Assembly (NCBI GenBank): GCA_051362555.1
Contig: CM120643.1
Location: 8,122,001 to 8,186,000, forward strand
DNA length: 64,000 bases
Direction of reading: 5' to 3'
Source: Lingula anatina
Taxonomy: Eukaryota > Animalia > Brachiopoda
Shown here piece after piece: positions 11,263-24,980 of this stretch. Under the pieces are notes generated by a model. That model was not told where the DNA came from. It ran no database searches and saw nothing but the letters and a program-made list of their open reading frames with translations. Positions within the stretch are counted from its first letter, which is position 1; every line of letters starts with the position of its first letter. A program made the position numbers and the translations under genes.

Positions 11263-13408
11263 CCCTGGATAATACAGCTGCATACCAAATTAATTATTAC
11301 TTTGTTTGCCAAACATATTCAACAATATAAACCAGTGTTATCAGCATTCATATTCTTCTGGCATCCATAACACACAAGTTAACACCACCAAGGACATCAC
11401 AAGTCAAAAGCAAAACCCCCAGTTTGCATGGACATAAAAAAACCAACCTCTCCCCTTGTATCTTCCTCTTGGTCAGCGAGCTGGACATAAAAACTGACCT
11501 TGGCCACAGTACAGGTCAATACCTTCCTTCATCAGATGGCTGTGCACTGACCGGTGAACTGGACATGAGCACTGACCTCTCCCCACCCATATCCATACAT
11601 CAAGGCAATGTGACAGGTTGACCTTTTCCTCAACCTCTCCTATATATGCACCAAGTAATCTTCCTGGCATATGGCTATACGCGATTAACTGAGCTCGTGC
11701 ATATTTTATCTGGAGGTTGTTCTAGCAGAGACGATCTCACAAATGCATGCACAATATTATTTTTGGATGTGGAAAATTTGCCCGTATTGCAAGTACACTT
11801 AATGTCTTTTATGTAAATGCTGATGATTTTATTTTAAAGAGGATATTTCACCCCGTTTCCATAGGAAGATGTGCAAAAAACGCAATAGAACTGCTATTTT
11901 AACCAGATGATGAAAATGCACATGCAGGCAACACCCATGTCAGGAGAAAGATCTTGTTATTTTTACTGACCAATATATTCAATGAAAATATTTTGAGGGA
12001 CATGACCTCCCTCCCCCCCCTCTCTCTCTCTCTGTGAGTGCACAAGCCCTCAATGCTGTATGCTGAAAAAAAATCCATCTTATGAGGTTTAGCTCCTCTG
12101 CAGTAATATCATATTCAACAAAACCTTCACAATATGGGTTCTAAGAATATGAATGACCTGGAGATATGCCTGTGAGACAGAGTAAGAAAGGTCTCACACA
12201 AAGACTGGTACTAAAATAACAGAAATGTTTTCTTCAAACTTTTTTTTTTTCATTACAGGGGTCAAATGTGGTTTCTCACTCACTGAAATCACCTTTCTCA
12301 CATGCAATGCTTTTTTACAGCTATCAATATGGCACAGACATGGGTGATTCTGCCATCTACTCATATAAAAAATCACACTTCAGGCTCATAATATGCTGTC
12401 TTAATTACCAAAGGAAGTGATCTTTTCTAGCTCTGGGTTATGTCGTCATCATCTTTTTGCACCTTGAATTGCAACACTCTCTCAATATTCACTTATTGCA
12501 ACACTCTCTCAATATTCACTTAAAACTTAAACGGGGAAAGTCAGACATAGAAAAAAATTGAATCAGGTCTTGCTTCTAGGGGTAAAAAAGGATTTCCAAT
12601 TATGGAGAAAATATCAGAAAATATCATGTCTAAAATATTCATGTTTATTCTCCTTGTCACCTAGCACTCCATGACCTAGTGACCTTAGCTGCCACTTGAT
12701 GGCGCCACTGCACATAGAGCAAGCAGATGATGGTACATGTGCACAAAAACAAGAAGCCTAAGAAAGATCAAAATGAATGCGGCAAAAACATTTTACTATT
12801 CTATTTTGTTATGCATACCGAGCTATGTCCTAAAAACTGTGGGCATGGAAAAAATGCTGATTCAGTTCACTCTACATTATTCCATTTGAGCACACATATA
12901 AACATGTTATCATTTCATTAATTTTTCACATAAAAGTACAAAAACATCCATAAACCACACATATTTCTCTCTATAGTGCCCTCAGATTTCCTGACGTCAC
13001 TTATTTTTTTCATCATGAAAGAGGAAAATGAATCTTTCCAGGTTTCTCACACCAAAATAAGATCAAGCACAATGAAAGGATGAATATCTTACCTTTAGTA
13101 TATATGAAGCATATTTTCATTCATTAAATATTGCAATTGTATGGAATGCTGATATCATTTACATCCATAGAAAAGACTTAAAAAAAAAAAAAAAACACTT
13201 TATATCCAAAAGTACAAAAGTTTACTAACTGAAGGCATTTCATTTTAAACTCATTTTATTTTTTAGAAGGCAAAAAGATCACTAATATGAAGCTTCTTTC
13301 CAATATAATAAAGAAATCAGTGTTCAGTAATGATGATGTCATATTATAAACAAACAAACAAACAAACAAAACAAAACATTCATATATCACAAGCTAAAGG
13401 GTTTTATA

Positions 13409-13560
13409 GTTCAAAATAGCTCGGTTTTGCCAGAAATCAGTTTACATAAGCTGCTATTGAATTGGAGGAAAGGAGGCGTAAGCTGGCCATGCCTGAGTAC
13501 TTGTTTTATTTCAACATCTATATCTAGAGTTGCTGAAAATAAACTGATAATCACTATGGT
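13409..13560 (+). repeat. Dispersed repeat family, copy 1 of 3
   Basis: gttcaaaatagctcggtt.tgccagaaatc...gctgctattgaattgga is shared with 22669 and 55171. Confidence 0.75.
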
Positions 13561-14281
13561 GGGTTATAATAGGGTTTTATTCACACGAGCAAATCAAACA
13601 CTGCCCTCTCAGGCTGCATTTACGTCTGCAACCTTCTACGGGGCCTTTCTTTCATATTTGTCTGCTAAAAAACTAGTCCAGCGAGTCACGGGAGTTCAGC
13701 AGTGCTAAGGTCAATGGAGATCTACTTTGGCTGTAAACTTCAGGGGGCATGGATGACTAATAACTCACCAGACAGCTTGCCTGTTGCAAAACAACTTCAT
13801 ATCATTGTGGAAATCCCTAGACCACAAGAGGTCTATTTTTAAATTTTGGCTCATGTCCAAAAAAACAGAACTCCCCACCACAAGAGGCCCTCCCGGTATG
13901 GTGGTGAATAAGGGCTGATGAAGAAGCTGTGTCTACACTCGCACGCATGCACATACCATAGCTACAAACGACCTCATATACGAAAGATTGTTCAGTAGGT
14001 TTTGGACTTCAAATGTCAACTTAACCGCAGTTTTTTAAGCCTTTCAGAATGAAAACTGTTCATAATACAAGCAGCGAAAATCATGCTAACACTGGGTGAT
14101 ATTTTTCACTGGTCTATGTCAGCGAATATCTTATTTCATAATCCACATGCCAACCAGGTTAATCTGCAGTTTAGTTAGAACATTTCCATCAACTACCTCT
14201 GCTGTTAGGTGAAAAACAAAATCATCAATCCAACATCTCCATCCCTTCCAAACCAATTTTCCCAAATTGTTTTGTACTTTG

Positions 14282-14402
14282 GTTTGGTAGAAATAAATAC
14301 GCACAAATAACAACTCACTCCAGGATGAGTAACCTTAAATATGGCAAATAACTGAATACACCTCTACAGAGAGGGCGTATACCTCCACAAAGACAGCCAT
14401 AA

Positions 14403-14434
<32 letters not shown>

Positions 14435-14495
14435 GGTAGAAATAAATACGCACAAATAACAACTCATTCCAGGATGAGTAGACTTAAATAGGGCA
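14282..14495. repeat. ~65-bp direct duplication separated by a spacer ending in poly(T)
   Basis: gtttggtagaaataaatacgcacaaataacaactca..ccaggatgagta at 14282 and 14431. Confidence 0.85.
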
Positions 14496-15906
14496 TATCA
14501 CTTCCTTATACTAGTAGTGAAAGATTGGCAAGGGGTCACGCTGCCCTTTCAATGACAAATGCCCATGCATATATGGAACAGCACACTGCATATCTCTCCA
14601 CGGCTTGTACCCACGGAAATACAGAAATACAGGCCCGGAAATACACACACATCAGTTAAGAATACACTGGAGCACTGAGTATAACCAAATTAAGACTTGG
14701 ATTCACATGACCAGCTGGTCCTGATAGTCATTAGTCCTGACACAGTCTTCAGGTCAAGTCCTGAGAATTCAAATCTGTTACAGAAAAAATGAATGGATAA
14801 AATCTCCAATTTATCGGTCACAAAATAGGTATAATTTTGTCCAATAGGGCACAAGTGGTTTGTCGATTTATAAAACTTTTTTCAGCTATCTTTCGACTGG
14901 TCTGAAACTGATTCCATGAAAACTTCATGTATTTCATTAGCAAAAATGAAATTTAAAATCTGTGATATTCAAGACAGATATAGCCTATAAAAAGTTTCAA
15001 TATTGCATCTTTCAGCTTCAAGTTACATCAGTTGAACTACAGAGTAGTGCCATATAAGTATACTGTTGCTTCATGCCCATTCTAAAGCAACCTTTTTGGC
15101 TACTGCCATTATGGAAAAGTACCTGTCCTGTCCAGGAACGGGTACAGAACTAACACATGATACTACTGCGGGGGTTCTCTCCTCAAGGCTACAATCAGGT
15201 GTTCTCCGATACCAAATTTACACGAAATGACCCTCATTTTTTAACCCAGTGACAAGGGAATGACCCCGGAATTTTTACGCTTTAGTTTGGATCCAAATTC
15301 ACCCCTAGGCTCAAAACATAGCGGAAACCTTGCTGCTGTTTAAAAAAAAATTTAGGTAGCTTGTTTATCATCGCGTAAAAAATGCTCTGCAAAGAAAAGA
15401 ATTCAGACTTGGCCGAGGAAGTAGAACATATTGCTATGGTTGCAAGCCAACTGTCGTAAATCTTTCTGAATCCAGGTGTTGTCTGTGAAGAATTGCTTAT
15501 CACACCTGTCTAGTGTATATATATGTATCACTCACTAGATTATCTTTCTGATAGGATATGGTGCACTGCCATGGAACTAATAATGACAGCGAAGACTTCA
15601 TTTTCCTCCAAATGCTGTATATTTCAGCTAAATAAGGTTATATCTGTTGTTGTTGATGGACATATATTGTACAGTATCATATTCCTGATATCTGAGTAAT
15701 CTCTTTGGAACCCCGACAGCAGCATCAGATATTTGCTGACTTTCAAAATGATGGATTGTGACAGAAGACAAATGTTGAATGCTGATGACTTAAGTATCAC
15801 TGTCACTGCAATCACAGTAGGAAAATACAACAGAAAACTAGCACACACACACATACATACACACTCACACACAAAAAGACAAACAACAGACAAAAATTCC
15901 ATATTA

Positions 15907-16128
<222 letters not shown>

Positions 16129-16574
16129 TCAATAAATATTAATGTGTCTAAGTCCATTGGCTTACGTACATGAAAAAACACTTTCCGAGGACATTTTGGT
16201 TGGTTTCTAGAGGATTTTCAACAACTTAGAGTATACAAGTATGCCATGGTATGCTGTTCAATAAAGCACTAGATCAAGGCATTCCAGGAAATTGCCTGAC
16301 ATCTCACATTTCCATGCAATTCTTAGCCAATGAAGCAATAAAAGAAAGACAATTGCTTTAGTCAATACAGGTTTTCTTCAAACGGTAACCTGTAAATGTC
16401 AATTTTGGTGAAATCTATCAAGTGCCAAAATAAATAGGTGGCATCGCTGCCAAGCTGAACCCTGCTGCAAAACTCTCTCTCTTCCATAACATTTGTTTGA
16501 AATATGTAGAAAATATTGAACCAGGTAATAATAATATTAATAATAATAAAAATAGGCTCTTCTTGTCCTCATAC

Positions 16575-16769
16575 CTTCAGATTCGGCCGTCATCTGCATC
16601 AGCAACGCCATCTGCTGGCGCTCTGACAGAGGAACTGTGAGGCGGGGGACACTCCCTGGGGTCTTGGGGGTTCCCATCCCTGGGGTAATCTTGGCCAAGC
16701 CAGGGGGTGTAGGGTGAGGAGACCCATCTATCGACCCAGGTTTCTTTCTCTTTGGGGTGGTTTTCTTGT
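16575..16769 (-). CDS. ANKRD11: ANKRD11/12 homolog exon with the PLSERQQMALLMQMTAE motif
   Basis: Motif characteristic of ANKRD11/12. Acceptor TTTCTCTTCAG, donor G|GTATGA, phase 1-1. Confidence 0.95.
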
Positions 16770-17728
16770 CTGAAGAGAAAAACATAAAATATTTAAACTC
16801 TAGAGCCATGACTGCTACATGAACTATGAAATGAACTATTAAATGAAATGGTTTTTGAATTCGTTCCTGATACTTTTCCCTTCAAGCTCAATGTCAACTA
16901 CACTTTATTCTGTATTTTAAAACAAAATGTCGGAACAAGTTTCCCCAAACTTTATTTTAATTAACGATCTGTGTAGTCTCAAAATACAATTTTTTAAAAA
17001 TTTTTAATGCAGTTTTAATGTATAACACATGGCATATGCCTGTAATTCAGTGTTTACAAGTGACAAGTTTTCTTTGTAAAAAAGAATGAAGTGAAGCACC
17101 CTTCTGCCTAATTAATCAATCTTTTGAAATATTTTAGACTGGCATTCTGTGCCAATGGTAATAAATGACTACAATGCCCCTACACAAAACCATGAAGAAT
17201 TGCTGATTTGGTTTTAGCTAATCAGGTATATTGCCTATTTCTATACCTCTTGCTAGCTGCATGTATTGTTCAATTATATCCACTTATCTAGATTACATAA
17301 TACAACACATTAGCCATATATCAATATCTTTACAACAACTAATGGCTTGTGTTAAAAGCAGCTTCAAAGTGAAAAACTCCAGACTCAAATCATGCATATA
17401 AATTATCATTACTGCAGCACCTGCTTTTTGCTACCAGGCCACCAACAGCAGACCTAGTACATATGCAGGTCAATGACTTGTTACATAACAAACAGGTTCA
17501 AGGATGGACAATGGCCTATTTACACAGTGCACATGAACTAGAGAGGTCTGCTGACACTCACGGGTTAGATAATGTCCCAAGGAATTATTCCAAGCCCCTG
17601 CTTGCTATCATATTCTCAGGCAATAGTGAATATATGTTCTAGGTTTACACTACTGCATAAATGTGAACCAAAAGTCAAATATATTGGAATAAAGCAGAAA
17701 GTTTTCTTTTTTCAAATGTTGTATTGTA

Positions 17729-18104
17729 TTTTTTGATAACCTCCAATATCCCTAAAATTGCATTTCCTGAGCATCAGGTTTCTATTTATTAAAAAATCAA
17801 GAATCTAATCAAATCTGGCAGTTTCAATTAGTAACACAACCAAGAAGTTCAGAATGGGAACCCTGTAAAATGAATTGTTTAAAAGTACCTTAAAAGTACC
17901 AGAAAGTTGTCTTCATTCAAACACTAGTTTTGTCTTTTTTGATAACCTCCAATATTGAAAGTGCATTTCCTGAGCATCAGGTTTACATTTTTTTTTTAAT
18001 CACGAAACTAATAAAATCTGGCAGTGCCAATCAGTACCCTAATTAAGAAGTTCAGACCGGCCAAGAACGCAGGAACCCTGTAAAATCAATGGTTTAAAAG
18101 TACC
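17729..18104. repeat. Diverged tandem duplication, ~205-bp period
   Basis: ttttgataacctccaatat...tgcatttcctgagcatcaggttt...aagaagttcaga...ggaaccctgtaaaat...tttaaaagtacc occurs twice. Confidence 0.85.
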
Positions 18105-21100
18105 ATCCCTATACAGTGCAATGCAATTTTCTCTCAGAACCCAAGGCTTAAAGAATTGTCTGAGTAGGAGGAAGTGTAATTTGGACGAGGGGAGAAAACC
18201 TGGCAACTGGCAATGAATCTGAACAAGTCACCAGAAAAGGTCAGGCAATCAGCTACTTTCCCCAAAGGCCAACAATTCTAGTTCAAATTTTCCCCTGATT
18301 CCCACTGACATTTAACTAAACCACCTCTAAGCAGGGACCTTTAGTTGTCTATGTAAACGGAATGTTAGTGCACATATAAATAGATATCAAGCACAAATGG
18401 TTTTCTATTCAAAAAAGTGGATACCAGCTTTAAGCACTTGCATCTGGCAATGTCATTTCTGCCTTCATACACTTCTGTTTGTGCTGTAAACAACATATTC
18501 TAAAATATTTGCTCCAACCCTGAATTTAGCTCACTAGCTCTGTATAAGTTTTTTTTTTTCTTACAATTATCCTAATAGAAAAGTGTATGGCTTTTACTCA
18601 GGAATCCTTCAACAATATATTTTAAGTCACTGATAGTTATGGGCATTATGAAATATTTCATCAATCAATTTTAATATATTCACTTATTAAGAAATTTGTG
18701 AGAAAGTGTGAAGAAATTTTGATGCACAAAAAAATAGAAACAGTAATGCAATTCCGCCCTAGGGAACTTGGGGTGCGAGAACATTCTCTACACCTGGTGT
18801 TTCTTACGCATGAACTTTACTATGGCAACCTAATCAGATGGCCCAGCTTATTTACTGCTTTGAAAACCTTGTCTTCTGAAAACAAGGTCATTTATTCAAG
18901 GTATGGTATGTGCACTTCACACAAGGTTGAATAAGAAAACACATTCTATGATGGATGGCTACTATTTCAAACCACAGATATAGTAACTATGTTACCTACC
19001 AGTAGAAGACCACACAGACACATGCACACCAATATTATATTTGAAAAGTGTTCAATTTACTTTATAAAATATACAAAAACCTCATGTTCGTTAATGATCG
19101 GAAAAATAACGTTCCTGTCTGAAGACACTGGTTCTGAGGGATATGAAACCAAACAAAGACCATGCTAACAAAATATTTTTTGTGTTGTACGCAACAAAAT
19201 GTGACCATAAGTAGCATGTTATATCTACAATATATCCTTCATATTTCCCTAAAAGTCAGGGTTTATACTCCTGTCAAGTCAAGCATCATTATTGTGAGTA
19301 CAGACAACCACAAACTTTCCATTTGTCTACTGTGTCCGTGAAAAAGGGCAAGAAATTAAGACTTTTCGCACCCAGCAAGGCAAGCCTGTGGTAAAACAAC
19401 AGCAGGATAATTTGAAGTGCAACCGCTGCTCTTCAATGTGGTTACTTTCAAAAAGGAATTTGAACAGCAACAGTTTCCTGATTTCACCAACCATTAATGA
19501 TTTCTGCACATGGTATTTAAGGGTGCGTTCACAGTGAATCTTTATACTAGCTAGTGCGGACCAAGTCCACAGCGACTCTTGATGAATACAATCAAATTAA
19601 CACACTTCCACCTGGTCTTGAGTGGAATATAGAAAAGCTGACATCATACAAGATACCAGTGCTAAATAACAAAGCACCTTCTGAATATTACATGCCTTAT
19701 GTATTACATAAGTTAGATATTAGATTGCCACCAAAAATAACTTCAACCCATAACTTAATTGCATTTCAGTATGCTGTATGTCATTTTTCTCCTCAAGTAA
19801 TACTTGTACTGCAGAAAATGGGGGGGGGGGGGGGGGTGTTTAGGTTGTTAATATGTACATGTGTACATCTTTAAGGTCACAGTGACCCATAAACCATTTA
19901 AAAAAACTCATTTATAAATAAAGAGATCAGTTAGTTATAAAGTTCAGGTTAAATTTTATGCAGAAATGCACTTTCAGTGACTTTAGGCTACAACCAGCAT
20001 GCAAATCATGGCATTATAAACGTGACAAAACAAACTGTAGCACTTCCATGTTGGATCTGCCATCAAATGCCAGTTACTTGGAAAAAAAAAAAAAAAAACT
20101 TAATCTCCTTGCTTGCAGTTTCAAGCCACGCACACAAAACATATTTATAATTTCAGATCAAATAGCCCCCTTTTGATTTCATCTTTCCATCTTTCCACAA
20201 ATAACATAAAACATAAAATACATCATCCTTGTCACTGAAGGGCATCATAGCACCACATCAACCTTATCGCTTTACACAGGCTTGATAAAAACAGGAGATA
20301 AGTTTCAGCATCCGACATCCACCAAATTTTTGGCAAAAAGCCAAATCAATATCATAGGCATAACCTTGAACTGAAAAATAGGACATATTCATCATTTCAC
20401 TGCTCTGCTACTGGCCTTAAAAAAGAATGCAGGTGAAGATATAAATGTATCTTTTCCAACATCTATCTACAAAACCCCATTTTAAAAGCCCAGTTTTCCT
20501 TTTAAACCTTGCATTACATTACCAGATTTTATATATTCACAAATATATGACATTTGGTGTAACAACAGGTGGTCAGATATTATCTTGCAAATGTATTCAA
20601 TCCAACAGCTTTCACTGCATTATTATCACCTTTAACGAGCCGGAGTCCTTAGCACAATCCACTAAAATCCTAGCTCTACAGGTTAAACTTAAGTAAGTCA
20701 TTCACATATAAAACTGGTCAGGGAAAGAACCCATAACTTACTCAACATCATATACAAGACTTTTTTTCAATGTTTGCAACACCGATTTGTTAGCTATTCA
20801 AAATTGTGAACAATGATTCCAGTCACTTCTTTTGAAAAAGAAATGCCATGAAATCGAGTTGTCAACACTCTGTCCTAAAATAGTGTGCACGTCATTAAGG
20901 AGGATTTATTAACAAAGCAAATAATTTGGTGGCCAAGTCATTAAGGAGGATGGATATATTAGCAAAGGAAATAATTTGGTCCAGCTTGACTATTGTGTGA
21001 AAGTTGGGACAAAAACTACTGATTTGCCATACATTGGGGCTTGGTAATCACAGTGAAAACTGTCATCACACCATTTCTCCATTAATATTGTCTAAAATTG

Positions 21101-22668
21101 CCAGCCTGGTCATAACCATCTGTGTCTGGTACACGCATGCATTGTGTTGAACAGGTTAACGAGAGATCACAAGTTACTTGTCAACACTCCCTGTTCTGAT
21201 CATGTGATTAAAATTACAGATTGTAAATTTCTGGTGTGATGGATCGCCCTTTCAGATATTTTAAAAGATTTAATTGCCGTTCCTGGTTCGGTTGATAACC
21301 ACTCCCCTTATAAACCGCCTGCTGTTCCTATTTGGATTCTAAGAACTTTCCCTTATTTGGTTTTAAAGATGTGACCTCTCCCCTGAATACACATGTCAAA
21401 TGTTCAAATTGGTTCAAACCCCCTTGTTTTTTTATTACTTTTATTTTATTATTATTATTTTATATTTCACATACCTGGACTTGAAACTGGATTCAAGCCA
21501 AGCCAAAATGCCTGACACAATGTTTTGAAATAGTACCTTTTGGGTTTCAATTTTCTATTAGAGATAAACAGACTGAAATGAAGGAAATGCATACAGTCTT
21601 CCCCTTTGTAGTGCAATTCATTTAGATATCACGCAACATTATAATGCTGCTAGAGCTGCTATGGCAGATCTTTATAACACTGATATGCTGCTGACTTTAA
21701 AAAGGACAAAAGTGAGATAATTAAGGGTGTCTCAGAAACAGTTCTACATAATAATAGTCTTAATTACATCTTTCTTTTGATATTGAACATGACATAACTG
21801 TGGGTGTCTGTCTCCTACAGACCAGGTAGTCGTTATCTCGTCTCTTTAATGGTTTCACCTGCGGGTAAAACGAAAATGGGTTTCTTTTCTTCTGTTATTA
21901 ACCTTTAATGAGGCAGGAAATGTACTTTATATCTAACATTGCTATCACGCCATCGTTAATGCAAATTGAAAACAATCCATGTAAAAGAAATAAAATCTCT
22001 TGTGGATGGCGTCCTCTTAAGTAAAGGTTAGTCTTTTTATAAATGTGATACTTAACAAACACCCAATTTTAGACAATTCTGCTAGATGCCATCTTTTGTT
22101 TTACCATTGAGACTGAAATGACTAGAGGAAAAATACATCCTGGATGTTAGAGACAATGTAGTAGGAGAATTTGAAAATATAATACTCTATCAGGGACGAG
22201 ACTACAATTTAGCAAAATGATAAAAAAAAATGGCATGGGATCCAGGGGGCAACTTAGGCCAATGATACTTTTGGTTCCCAAAAAGTCTGAAATCTGCCCA
22301 TAGTTGGAAAAATTTTATCCCTGCTGTATTTATCTCAAATGAGTGCTTTTTATGATCCAATCCAACCCTGATAAGGAATCAAAACATGATGACAATACTC
22401 ATCCTAAAATGAATTTACATAAAATTTATCCAGCATGTGATCTAATCTCCCGCTTGCATCTGATAACAACTCAGACTTCCCTTCATTCACTGCTGTGCAT
22501 TAAAATTAATCTAACCCAAGCTCTCCTATCTGGACTGATCCCCCCATGGCAAAATGACAGCTGTTAAAACTGGGTGTTTTCATTTTCAAGCTGACTTTTA
22601 AAATTTTTACCTGGATCAGCTCCTAAAGTCATTTCTTCAGAGGTTAGGAAAAAAATTAATTAATTAAT

Positions 22669-22823
22669 GTTCAAAATAGCTCGGTTATGCCAGAAATCGG
22701 TGTTTGTTAGCTGCTATTGAATTGGAGGATAGGAGTCCTGAGCTGTCCACGCCTGTAGACTTGTTTTATTTTTTACATATATATATCTAGAGCAGCTAAA
22801 AAAATAAACTGATAATCGCTATG
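22669..22823 (+). repeat. Dispersed repeat family, copy 2 of 3
   Basis: Aligns with 13409-13560. Confidence 0.75.
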
Positions 22824-24244
22824 ACATAAGGTAGGTTACGCAAAAAAATATTTATCTTTGTTCCAAAATAATACAGTGCCTATGAGCGAGTTAGCCGGTA
22901 CACCGTAACTTCTGAAAAATCTTGACAAAAAGGACAAAGAAAACATGTCAGAACTAAACAATGGAAAGTGCAGAGTAAAGCGAACAATCCAGTCATCAAT
23001 ATAAAAAAAACCCAACTCATATTCTATCTGTAATTCAGCTCCCCAAAGTTGCAAGAGTTTAAAGAATGGGACAATTAAGGTGTCCTTGTGGTGACATACG
23101 TATATATGTTAGGCTGTGTCACAGTGTTAAAGTAATGGGAGTTGCTTGACAGTAAGAGAAACAACAAAACATGTGTTGTACAGCAGTCGGGTCTGGCATG
23201 CCCATCACTTGGACACCTGGGGGACATTAATCAAAGAGCGAGCAAAACGTTCTTACAACTAAACCATTTCCCCAATAAGCGTTTCAGAATAAATGCAATT
23301 TAACTCTTTTTGAAAAATACTGCTTAAGCAATTCAGCAGCCAGGTCTTACCGTTTCATAATTTATTTATTGACAGAACTGACGAAAGCACAGGCAATCCC
23401 TATCCTAAGTCAGCAGTGGAAAAAAATGTTAAATTAAGATGCAACATACTCCTTCAGAAATATTTTTTTCTGGTGGAAAAAAAAAAAAAAAAAAAAAACA
23501 CTTCAATGTCCATATTCTTGCAATTGCCCCTTATGTGAACCCTGCCAACATGAAAAATGAAAGACACGAAAAAGCTGACACGAACAGCACAGACACCTCA
23601 TTTCTTATATACATAAATAACCCAAGTACTAGGAATAAATAGTACAGAAACACATGGCCCAAATTAGCCACGAAGCACAGAGAGTTTATAGATCTTACGC
23701 ACAAATCAACTATGAGGGGGACACAGAGTTCACCTGTACTCTGATATAGATATATGAGCCAGCCAGGTGGGCTGTATTAAGCACACAGGTAGGCTATGTC
23801 TACATCAGTTTAACCAGTAAATGAAACCCTCATGCTGATTAGGAGCCCAGGTGTGTTCTCGCCAATACACCAATATGTTGGGTCGAGTCCACATTTATCA
23901 ACGTCAACCTGTATTTGTCTTCTTCTTCTTCGGTGTGATCTCTATGCTACGTTCTCCATTCCAAGCTTAAAACTTTTTTTTTCTCCAGGCTTGTTTATAC
24001 TTACGATGTTTTTTCACCTTGCACCCCCCCCCCCTTTTCCGTCCCCTTTTATCAACTGGCATAAAAAGTCAAGGTCATGTCATTCTGACCTGCTGGGTCA
24101 GGAAAGCCGCTTTTTTAAGTTGAGAATTGCATGTGAACTTCAGTTTTTTCACCGCATCACATCACATTGCCTACACATCATCATTAGACTGAGCCAATGC
24201 CACACATACAAGTACATCATGATTACAATTATCAATGGAAATAC

Positions 24245-24414
24245 CAGGGGCGGATTTAGGCCGTCTTCTGGGTCTTCCGGAAGACGGTCAGATTTTCAAG
24301 TTTACATTGACGGGTATCTATTTTTTTTCTGTCAGAAGACGGTCAAAAAATGGGGGATGGCGCAACAAAGATAATTTGGAAGACTGTCAGAAAATATCTC
24401 TGGATCCGCCACTG
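24245..24414. mobile_element. hAT-type MITE with CAG termini and an imperfect 5-bp TSD
   Basis: TIR caggggcggatt / gatccgccactg. Flanks aatac / aatat. Internal repeated gaagacggtca motifs. Confidence 0.75.
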
Positions 24415-24883
24415 AATATATTTCCTTTTTAGGTCTGACTGAAAAGAATAGCACACATATTGGAATATTTCTCAAAGACATCACTATCACCCAGTATTGT
24501 TTCTTCATGGAATTAGTAGGCAATGGACTACTAAATACTACATTATTTTCAAACTGTCTGAATGATGAAGACATGGCTGCTACAAACACTTAATTTTCAA
24601 ATAATCTCTCTCAGTGGCCAGATTTAAGCCCTCTTCTTAAATGCCTTTTCTCCATCAGTGCCTAACTTCGCTCAGTTTTGCCCCACTTCCTGAATATGTT
24701 GTCCTGCTTAGCCAAATCACTACTTTTTCGTTAATTCTATCGCAAAATGGTTTAAATTGGACTAAAACAAGTCAAATCAATCTCTTTGTTTAACCAATTG
24801 AAGTTAGTTTTAGCATTTGGCTAAACTGGCAAGTGTAAGTGCTACCCCCCCCCTTCCCCCAAATCACAACCACCTTCACCCAC

Positions 24884-24980
24884 CTTCCTCTTCCTGTGTT
24901 CCCTGATTAAACAGCTTCCTCTTCAGTCCTTTTTCCACCTTCTGAGGCTGGGGGGTCTTGGTGGCAGACGGCAGTTTCTC
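24884..24980 (-). CDS. ANKRD11: ANKRD11/12 homolog coding exon (EKLPSATKTPQPQKVEKGLKRKLFNQGTQEE)
   Basis: Acceptor CTTCTTTCAG and donor G|GTGGGT. Phase 1 joins the next exon to give GAC. TKTP and KRKL resemble the vertebrate ANKRD11 N-terminus. Confidence 0.85.

Noticed and set aside
11430-11700. GC-richer intronic patch with a repeated ctggacat..actgacct and short ORFs
   Set aside because: No recognisable protein, RNA structure or consistent splice signals.
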